Assembly: GCA_001587575.1 (NCBI GenBank)
Contig: LNJC01000004.1
Coordinates: forward strand, 1-63,355
Source of the DNA: Candidatus Methanofastidiosum methylothiophilum
GTDB taxonomy: Archaea; Methanobacteriota_B; Thermococci; Methanofastidiosales; Methanofastidiosaceae
Length of the DNA: 63,355 nt
Direction of reading: 5' to 3'
In this document: in pieces, positions 57,199-63,355 of the stretch
How the letters are laid out: every line of letters begins with the position of its first letter
Numbering within the stretch: the stretch's first letter is position 1
Position numbers and translations under genes: made by a program
The notes under the pieces: generated by a model
What the model was told of the DNA's origin: nothing
Seen by the model: only the letters and a program-made list of their open reading frames with translations
The model's database searches: none

Positions 57199-57540
57199 TT
57201 GCGAGAGAAAGACAAAACAGTTGAGATTTGGAGAGAGATTTTTTTGAGAGAGATAAGTGACGAAAAACTTACAAGATACTTTGAGATTGCGAAAAAAGCT
57301 TTTGATGACATTAAAATCACCCCACCTAAAGGATCCCATATGGAAAAGGTGGCAAATGACTATCTAGACATGGCGAAAAGATACTATGAAGATGCAAAGT
57401 ATTTCAAAGAGAAAGGTGACTACGTTACAGCTTTTGCCTCATTAAATTATCTCCATGGGTACCTAGACGCTGGTGCAAGACTTGGTGTATTCAAAGTTTC
57501 TACAACAGAATATTTTGCTTTTGAAGAGGAGACGAGGTGA
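57199..57540 (+). CDS. DUF357-family archaeal protein
   Basis: The C-terminal pattern DYVTAFASLNYLHGYLDAGARLGVF matches the DUF357 signature as I recall it. The track start is TTG; the true start is uncertain (an internal ATG gives MEKVANDY). Confidence 0.5.
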   Translation: MREKDKTVEIWREIFLREISDEKLTRYFEIAKKAFDDIKITPPKGSHMEKVANDYLDMAKRYYEDAKYFKEKGDYVTAFASLNYLHGYLDAGARLGVFKVSTTEYFAFEEETR

Positions 57541-57544
57541 TTAA

Positions 57545-57910
57545 TTGGATTATAAAGTAACTCTTGAAGTTCCAATTATTGTGAAAGATATTAAAGACGG
57601 CGAGGATGCAATAAAAGTTGCAATGTCAAATGTTATTAAAAAATTAAAGGCTAGCAAATTAGAATATGTTAAAGTGGAGATAGGCATGTCCCAGTGCCCA
57701 AAATGCGGTGATTATTTTGAAAGCTCATTTTTTGTGGGAGATGTTTCTCTTGTTGGAGTATACTTGACACTTGACATCTTCAATGCCGAAAACACAAAGC
57801 ACGCGGAAAACATTGCAAAATCTGTTGTTGGAAAGGCGCTAAAGGATGTCCCTTTCAAGACTTTTGAAATAAAAGAGAAGGTAGAAAAGGTCAGAAAGAA
57901 GCGTCGATGA
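57545..57910 (+). CDS. UPF0212/DUF555-family archaeal protein
   Basis: 121 aa. YKVTLEVPIIVKDIKDGEDAIKVAMS...CPKCG...VGDVSLVGVYLTLDIFNAENTKHAENIAKSVVGKAL fits UPF0212. TTG start. Confidence 0.65.
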   Translation: MDYKVTLEVPIIVKDIKDGEDAIKVAMSNVIKKLKASKLEYVKVEIGMSQCPKCGDYFESSFFVGDVSLVGVYLTLDIFNAENTKHAENIAKSVVGKALKDVPFKTFEIKEKVEKVRKKRR

Positions 57911-58556
57911 TGCCGGGGTCCCCTATATCGTAATAGACAGAGCCTCCCTCTTTTTTGTAGGGGTGCCTCAATAACGTGGCTTTCCTCTTGCTGTTATTCT
58001 GCTCATCCTTTTCTAATTTGACTATCAGTTTAGACCAGTATTTCAAAACGTCCCCCCCAACAGGTATCTTCTCTTTGCCCCCTGTGACATCATCATAAAC
58101 TTGATTTGTTATAACAAGAGGTATGTTAAAATCTCTAGCGATCCGTGATAAAATCAAAAGGTCATTTCCAAGCTGCCTTGCTAGCTCTGTTCTTTTTTTG
58201 TGATCGTATCCTTCAAGCCTGTATAATGATACAAGAGAGTCAACACAGACAAAGCCTATCCTTGTACTCATTATCTTTTCAAGTTTTATCAGGGCTTGTT
58301 CCTGGCTAGCAAAATCCCTTGGTTGAAAGACTACTATTTCTTCTAGATTTTTTACACCCATTAGAGAAAGCCTCTTTGGAGAAAATCCGCCCTCTGTGTC
58401 GATGAACACGGACTTCTTACCTTTAAGAAGGGAGTACTTGCAACACATCAAACAAAAGGTAGTTTTTCCAGTTGCATGCTCACCGTACACTTGCGTTATT
58501 ATTCCCTCAGGAACGCCATCTATTAACTTGTCTAAAGGATTTCCTCCAAATTTTAT
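57891..58556 (-). CDS. radB: DNA repair and recombination protein RadB (start codon unresolved)
   Basis: Walker A GEHATGKTT, Walker B FVCVDS, RecA-fold core. The track ORF begins at GTG 58490. RadB-like sequence IKFGGNPLDKLIDGVPEGIITQ continues 22 codons upstream, to the codon right after an in-frame TAG (58557-58559). Confidence 0.8.
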   Translation of the reverse strand: MKFGGNPLDKLIDGVPEGIITQVYGEHATGKTTFCLMCCKYSLLKGKKSVFIDTEGGFSPKRLSLMGVKNLEEIVVFQPRDFASQEQALIKLEKIMSTRIGFVCVDSLVSLYRLEGYDHKKRTELARQLGNDLLILSRIARDFNIPLVITNQVYDDVTGGKEKIPVGGDVLKYWSKLIVKLEKDEQNNSKRKATLLRHPYKKEGGSVYYDIGDPGIIDASF

Positions 58557-58653
58557 CTAATCACCTTGGTAGCTGTATCTCCTAATCTTGATTTATTTAT
58601 AAATTATATTCTAACAAATCGAATCAAATCTTGATTAATAAACATAGAAAATC

Positions 58654-58660
58654 TTTTATA
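58654..58660 (+). promoter_or_regulatory. TATA box of the tRNA gene
   Basis: TTTTATA is centred ~27 nt upstream of tRNA position 1, the canonical archaeal spacing. Confidence 0.5.
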
Positions 58661-58683
58661 GGGAGAGTCTAGTTTTGATTTAA

Positions 58684-58760
58684 GGGCCCATGGTCTAGTT
58701 GGTCATGACGTCGCCTCGACACGGCGGAGGTCCTGAGTTCGAATCTCAGTGGGCCCACCA
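58684..58760 (+). tRNA. tRNA-Val (anticodon GAC), CCA encoded
   Basis: Manual cloverleaf. Acceptor GGGCCCA/TGGGCCC, D arm GTCT-AGTTGGTCA-TGAC, anticodon arm TCGCC-TCGACAC-GGCGG, variable AGGTC, T arm CTGAG-TTCGAAT-CTCAG, discriminator A, then CCA. Position 33 reads C. Confidence 0.85.
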
Positions 58761-58779
58761 TCTCTTTTAATGTGAATAT

Positions 58780-59442
58780 ATGGCAAATTCCTATAATAAA
58801 GAAATATTAGAAAACATTTTAGATATCTATTCGTCAATCAAAGATGGGATAGAAGGCCGTTTGGAAGAGTTTGCAATAATATGGGAAACAGAAACAGAGG
58901 AAAATCTTTTTTCTGAGCTTGCATTTTGCCTTTTGACCCCGCAGTCAAAAGCAAAGATGTGCTGGAGCTCCATCTGTACCTTAAAAGAAAAAAATGCTTT
59001 GATAGATGGTAAAGAAGAAGAAGTCCTAGATTGCCTCTATGGTGTCCGATTCAAATATAAGAAGGCCAAATACCTAGTCGAAGTGAGGGAGCTATTCAAA
59101 GTAGATGGAAAGGTTTCTGTAAGAAGACTAATTGAAAATGGGAATACACCTTTTGAGATAAGGGAGTGGCTTGTAAAAAATGTCAAGGGCATGGGGCACA
59201 AGGAGGCTAGCCATTTCTTAAGAAACGTTGGAAAAGGCAGAGACCTAGCTATCCTTGACAGGCACATCCTAAAGAACATGAAATTAATCGGAATAATAGA
59301 TAAAATACCTGATTCGATGCCTCCAAAAAAATACTTGGAGTTAGAGGGGATACTGAGACAATTCTCAGACGAGATTGGCATCCCAATGGATCATCTAGAT
59401 ATTGTTCTCTGGTACAAAGAAACGAACGAGATATTCAAGTGA
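58780..59442 (+). CDS. ogg: N-glycosylase/DNA lyase (archaeal Ogg2-type 8-oxoguanine DNA glycosylase)
   Basis: HhH-GPD region VKGMGHKEASHFLRNVGKGRDLAILDRHILK. 220 aa, the size and pattern of the M. jannaschii-type Ogg. Confidence 0.8.
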   Translation: MANSYNKEILENILDIYSSIKDGIEGRLEEFAIIWETETEENLFSELAFCLLTPQSKAKMCWSSICTLKEKNALIDGKEEEVLDCLYGVRFKYKKAKYLVEVRELFKVDGKVSVRRLIENGNTPFEIREWLVKNVKGMGHKEASHFLRNVGKGRDLAILDRHILKNMKLIGIIDKIPDSMPPKKYLELEGILRQFSDEIGIPMDHLDIVLWYKETNEIFK

Positions 59443-59494
59443 TATCTAAGTTATTCTTTTATATAATTGGACATATAATATATTTTGTGATAAT

Positions 59495-59800
59495 ATGGGA
59501 ATTATGCAAGAATTTATGGAATTTTTAAAGGAGTACAAAGTAATAGGAGTTGCTGTTGCATTTATCATGGCTGCAGCTTCAACATCACTGGTAAACTCTT
59601 TTGTAAACGATATAATAATGCCAATAATAACACCTTTTATGCCAGGCGGCGGATGGCAAGAAGCAACTCTCAATATCGGGCCTATAGCCCTAAAATGGGG
59701 ATCATTTTTGGCCCAGATAATTAATTTTGTAATCCTTGCACTTGTTGTCTTCTTAATTGCAAAGAAAGTACTTAAGGAAGAAAAAGTTGGAAAGAAGTAA
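59495..59800 (+). CDS. mscL: large-conductance mechanosensitive channel
   Basis: MQEFMEFLKEYKVIGVAVAFIMAAAS...NDIIMPII...G.FL..IINFVI.A.VVFLI.K. The likely true start is the second ATG at 59504. Confidence 0.85.
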   Translation: MGIMQEFMEFLKEYKVIGVAVAFIMAAASTSLVNSFVNDIIMPIITPFMPGGGWQEATLNIGPIALKWGSFLAQIINFVILALVVFLIAKKVLKEEKVGKK

Positions 59801-59924
59801 TATTATAATTTTTTTAATATTTTAAAAATAATTTACTTATTTTAATATAAGTAAACTGATTTTTTTCTATTTTAAATTCGCAAAAGACTTTTATAGAACT
59901 AATTATTAAATAAAAGAAGTTGCA

Positions 59925-60464
59925 TTGTCTGCAGCGGAAAAAAACTTAAATGATAGCATGTCAAACTTAACTAATCTTAATATTTATTCAACAGAAGATT
60001 TGATATTGACCTCTCTAAAAAGTGAAATTGATAGCAGGTCTAGTTATCTTAAGATCAGAGATTCTGTAAAGAATGCCATCTTAAAGGACAAGATGGATTT
60101 TCTAGCTAGGGAAGAGGACAAACATAGATCATTCTTTGAAGTTCTTTACAAAAGGAAATATCCAAACAAATCAATTAATGTGCCTGAAAAATCTCCAGTT
60201 CCTCTGCCGGAAATAAAAATCAAAGAAGAGACTATGGCACTTAGCGAGGTACTTCAACAGGCGATGGAAGCAGAGGTTGCAGCCCACGACTTTTACCTTG
60301 AATCTTCTAAAAGGTTCAAAGAAGATAAGGATATCTTCAACATGTTATTATATATAGCAGATATGGAGCTTGGCCATTATAGACTTTTAGAAATAGAAAA
60401 AGAAAATTCATTAAGATTTGAAAGCTACGAAGATTCTTGGCCAATGATGCACGTCGGCCCTTAA
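59925..60464 (+). CDS. ferritin-like/rubrerythrin-domain protein (COG1633-type)
   Basis: Two E-x-x-H di-iron half-sites (REEDKHRSFF, ADMELGHYRLL) with paired helices (AMEAEVAAHDFY). TTG start. 179 aa. Confidence 0.65.
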   Translation: MSAAEKNLNDSMSNLTNLNIYSTEDLILTSLKSEIDSRSSYLKIRDSVKNAILKDKMDFLAREEDKHRSFFEVLYKRKYPNKSINVPEKSPVPLPEIKIKEETMALSEVLQQAMEAEVAAHDFYLESSKRFKEDKDIFNMLLYIADMELGHYRLLEIEKENSLRFESYEDSWPMMHVGP

Positions 60465-60509
60465 AATTATTAATAACTTAATTCTAATAAAATCATAGGA
60501 GGAAGAAAA

Positions 60510-60674
60510 ATGAACAAGTATGTTTGCTCAGTTTGTGGCTATGTCTACAACCCTGCAGAAGGAGACCCTGATGGAGATATACCTCCAGGTACACCCTTTG
60601 AAAAACTCCCAAACGATTGGACATGCCCAGTATGCGGTGCAAGTAAGGATATGTTCGAAAAACAGGAGGATTAA
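60510..60674 (+). CDS. rub: rubredoxin
   Basis: Not in the supplied ORF track (54 aa). [54 protein letters not shown] has canonical CxxCG...CPxCG. RBS AGGAGG lies 8 nt upstream. Confidence 0.9.
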   Translation: MNKYVCSVCGYVYNPAEGDPDGDIPPGTPFEKLPNDWTCPVCGASKDMFEKQED

Positions 60675-60678
60675 TTAG

Positions 60679-61866
60679 ATGATTCCAAGGGTAATTAAAG
60701 AGGACATATACTGGGTAGGATTCATTGATTGGGACAGGAGGCTGTTTGATTCACTAATCCCCACGCCCCATGGGACGACCTATAATTCGTATCTTGTAAA
60801 AGGCAGCGAAAAGACGATGCTAATAGATACTGTAGACTTTGGAAAGGAAAACTATCTCCTGAATGCTTTAGAGTTAGCCGGTATAAAGAAGGTAGATTAT
60901 ATCGTATCAAATCATGCCGAGCAGGACCATTCTGGGTCTCTTCCCAAGATCTTGGAAAAATTTCCAGATGCAAAGATAGTTACAAATGCCAAATGCAAGG
61001 ATTTCCTAGAGTCGTTTCTCTTGATCCCAGAGGAAAAATTCATTGTTGTAAAGGACAATGAAGAAATATCTCTAGGTAATAAGACTGTCCAGTTTATGAT
61101 TGCGCCTTGGGTACATTGGCCAGATACCATGTTCTCATATGTAAAAGAGGACAGGATTCTTTTTTCATGTGATTTCCTAGGCTCCCACTATGCAACGAGT
61201 GAGCTTTTTGTTTCCGATGAGAAGGAAGTCTACCTATCGGCAAAGAGATACTATGCAGAGATAATGATGCCTTTCAGGACAATGATTAAGAAACATCTAG
61301 AAAGGATAGATAACTTAGATATTGATATAATTGCTCCAAGCCACGGCCCGTTATATAATAAGCCTTCGTTTATAATTGAGGCTTACAAGGATTGGGCGGG
61401 TGACTCTGTTAAAAATCAGGTCATAATACCATATGTTTCGATGCATGGAAGCACCAAAGTAATGGTGGACTACCTTTCTGAAAAACTAATGGCAAAAGGA
61501 GTAGAAACAAAATTATTCAATCTTGAAGTTGCTGATGCTGGGGAGCTATTGATGTCGCTTGTTGATGCAGCCACCATAGTTATTGGGGCGTCGACAATGC
61601 TAGTAGGTCCACACCCACTCGCATACTATGTTACATATCTTGTAAATGCAGTAAGGCCAAAAACAAAGTTTGTTTCGGTAGTTGGATCTTACGGGTGGGG
61701 CGGGAATGCGATTGAAGTTATAAAAGGTTTGATCACAAATATCAAGGTCGATTTAATTGAGCCTGTATATATTAAAGGCTATCCAAGAGAATCTGATTTC
61801 AAAGCTCTTGATACGCTAGCAGAAGAGATATTTGGTAAACATAAAGAAATAGGTTTGTTAAAATAA
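60679..61866 (+). CDS. fprA: flavodiiron protein (A-type flavoprotein, FprA; O2/NO reductase)
   Basis: Metallo-beta-lactamase-like domain with HAEQDHSG, followed by a flavodoxin domain (IPYVSMHGSTKVM). 395 aa. Confidence 0.9.
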   Translation: MIPRVIKEDIYWVGFIDWDRRLFDSLIPTPHGTTYNSYLVKGSEKTMLIDTVDFGKENYLLNALELAGIKKVDYIVSNHAEQDHSGSLPKILEKFPDAKIVTNAKCKDFLESFLLIPEEKFIVVKDNEEISLGNKTVQFMIAPWVHWPDTMFSYVKEDRILFSCDFLGSHYATSELFVSDEKEVYLSAKRYYAEIMMPFRTMIKKHLERIDNLDIDIIAPSHGPLYNKPSFIIEAYKDWAGDSVKNQVIIPYVSMHGSTKVMVDYLSEKLMAKGVETKLFNLEVADAGELLMSLVDAATIVIGASTMLVGPHPLAYYVTYLVNAVRPKTKFVSVVGSYGWGGNAIEVIKGLITNIKVDLIEPVYIKGYPRESDFKALDTLAEEIFGKHKEIGLLK

Positions 61867-61890
61867 AATATTTATTATAAAAGTGGTAAT

Positions 61891-62388
61891 ATGAAAGAAA
61901 AAACTGAAAAGAATTTAATGGAAGCTTTTGCCGGGGAATCTCAGGCAAATAGAAAATATCTAGCATTTGCAATTAAAGCAGAACAAGAAGGATATCCTGG
62001 AGTTGCAAAATTATTTAGGGCAGCCGCTGCTGCAGAAACTGTACACGCTCATGCCCATCTTAGGGCGTTAGATGGAATTAAAACAACAAAAGACAATCTA
62101 ACAGAAGCAATTTCTGGAGAGACCCATGAGTTTGTAAGCATGTACCCTAAAATGATCGAAGAGGCAAAGGCTGAAGGAGAAAAAATAGCTGAGAAATCAT
62201 TTGTTTTTGCAAATGAGGTAGAACAGATACATGCTGGCCTTTACAAGAAAGCTCTTGACAATCTTGATAACTTCCCTGTCAAAGACTACTATGTTTGCAG
62301 CGTCTGCGGCTACACCGTTGCTGATGAAGCGCCAGATAAATGCCCAGTTTGTGGGGCAATGAAAAAAGCGTTTAACAAAGTAGACTAA
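61891..62388 (+). CDS. rbr: rubrerythrin
   Basis: Di-iron four-helix domain (AGESQANRKYLAFA, ETVHAHAH, GETHEF, EVEQIH) plus a C-terminal rubredoxin-like CSVCGY...CPVCG. 165 aa. Confidence 0.95.
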   Translation: MKEKTEKNLMEAFAGESQANRKYLAFAIKAEQEGYPGVAKLFRAAAAAETVHAHAHLRALDGIKTTKDNLTEAISGETHEFVSMYPKMIEEAKAEGEKIAEKSFVFANEVEQIHAGLYKKALDNLDNFPVKDYYVCSVCGYTVADEAPDKCPVCGAMKKAFNKVD

Positions 62389-62416
62389 TAATTTTATTTT
62401 TATTTAAATTTGTCTT

Positions 62417-62935
62417 TTAATCAAAAGCATTCATGGCCATTTGCTCTTCAAGGGATTCAAGTTTTATTCTTATATCTTCTTTTTCAGTTCTTACAGCTAT
62501 AAGTGAGTAGAGCCCCTTTATTCCTTTAATTGGCCCAATTTTTTCGACTTCAAGATTTCTTAGTTCTTCGTTATCGGTGACCTTTGTTTTAACTAAGATA
62601 TCCCACTCTCCAGAAATCTCATGAACCTCTAGAAGCTCATCAATCATTGATAGCTCTCTTGAAATTCTTCCAATGTCCTGTATGCTGTGTATTGATACCC
62701 TTATCCAAGCCGTAGTCAGTTTGCCACACTTTTTTGCGTCTAAGAGAGGAACTATCCCTTTGATTATTCCAAGCTGTCTTAATCTTCTCGTCCTATCATA
62801 AACTGTAGATTCTGCTGCTCCTATCTTTTTTGAAAGGTCCTTATATGAAATAGTTGCGTCTTTTTGGAGCTCAGTTAGAATATCTTTATCCAGACTATCC
62901 AATTTTATGGGGGGTTCAGGAGACATAATTATCAC
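62417..62935 (-). CDS. Lrp/AsnC-family transcriptional regulator
   Basis: HTH LDKDILTELQKDATISYKDLSKKIGAAESTVYDRTRRLRQLGIIKG, followed by a RAM-like C-terminal domain. 172 aa. Confidence 0.8.
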   Translation of the reverse strand: MIIMSPEPPIKLDSLDKDILTELQKDATISYKDLSKKIGAAESTVYDRTRRLRQLGIIKGIVPLLDAKKCGKLTTAWIRVSIHSIQDIGRISRELSMIDELLEVHEISGEWDILVKTKVTDNEELRNLEVEKIGPIKGIKGLYSLIAVRTEKEDIRIKLESLEEQMAMNAFD

Positions 62936-63044
62936 TAAATTTCTTTTGTATTAATTAATAATTATAAATTTAAATATTTTTCGGATAAAATTTATTTAGA
63001 ATTGATTTATTTGAAAGAAAATAGCTCAAATTTTGCCAAGTTGA

Positions 63045-63281
63045 TTATTTGTGGATCCAGCTGAGTACTTCATATAGGACAAACTTGAGTTCAGAAGTTT
63101 TTTTCATAATACTTGTGGGTTTATGCTTCCAAAGTATAGAAACAAAGAATATCCCGAGTATGGCATAATGTGTGACTATTCTTAACTTGCGGGATTTTGT
63201 TCTGGAGTAAAACTTGGACAAATTATGCATTGTGTTCATTGTAAGCTTAGTTCCAATGCCAATTTTAGAAGGATCTTTCAT
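63045..63281 (-). CDS. hypothetical small protein (doubtful)
   Basis: 78-aa ORF near the window edge in very AT-rich DNA. No motif recognised. Confidence 0.2.
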   Translation of the reverse strand: MKDPSKIGIGTKLTMNTMHNLSKFYSRTKSRKLRIVTHYAILGIFFVSILWKHKPTSIMKKTSELKFVLYEVLSWIHK

Positions 63282-63355
63282 TGATTTCAGCTTTATTTTT
63301 ATTATTATACTATATGAAAATTATCATATAAAAATAATTATAAATAATAACAAAT

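Noticed and set aside
58557-58559. In-frame TAG before radB as a possible recoded (pyrrolysine or read-through) codon.
   Set aside because: The in-frame sequence upstream of the TAG (…KIRRYSYQGD) is not RadB-like, and no pyl genes are in the window. A start-codon problem is the simpler explanation.
63045-63281. 78-aa ORF at the window edge, considered as a possible transposase fragment.
   Set aside because: No DDE, HTH or other recognisable motif is present, and the context is very AT-rich. It is retained only as a low-confidence hypothetical.
1-63355. Search for CRISPR arrays, rRNA genes, integrases, reverse transcriptases and restriction-modification genes.
   Set aside because: No spaced direct repeats, rRNA-like G+C-rich blocks or corresponding protein motifs were seen in any frame. 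The only mobile-element gene is the IS5 transposase.

Overview
This is an AT-rich archaeal chromosome segment (roughly one-third G+C by eye, not computed). It is gene-dense on both strands, with about 58 protein genes, one tRNA and one IS5-family element. I saw no rRNA and no CRISPR array. Archaeal origin is supported by ABCE1, RadB, an Ogg2-type glycosylase, pantoate kinase plus phosphopantothenate synthetase (the archaeal CoA route), an Hps fusion and BRE/TATA-like promoters.

Housekeeping blocks:
- birA, ABCE1 and a CoA cluster (coaBC, pantoate kinase, phosphopantothenate synthetase) translationally coupled to an Hps-RraA-like fusion.
- A hom / FAH-family / asd block, ppsA and an aminotransferase.
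- radB, tRNA-Val, ogg and mscL.
- An O2-detoxification cluster: ferritin-like protein, an untracked 54-aa rubredoxin, fprA and rubrerythrin, with an Lrp regulator nearby.

Accessory content:
- An AbrB/RelE toxin-antitoxin pair beside an orphan, apparently inactivated HepT.
- A PadR-led operon with two half-size RND/MMPL genes plus CARDB-type and S-layer-like secreted proteins.
- A second surface-protein cluster at 34.8-38.9 kb.
- A variable island at 44.9-57.1 kb.

Most notable observations:
1. The island holds three paralogous secreted proteins that share a C-terminal module, Cys-rich ~92-94-aa tandem repeats and a common BRE/TATA leader.
2. The island brackets a DUF1998-helicase / DnaQ-like exonuclease pair (MrfA/MrfB-like). 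This is my best candidate for a poorly described repair or defence module.
3. An IS5 element appears to have separated one paralog from its promoter and first codons.
4. An 11-nt poly(A) tract lies in the largest paralog.
5. A 601-aa AAA+ ATPase has ARC/Mpa-like rather than PAN-like architecture.

All family calls come from motif reading and memory. No database search was run.
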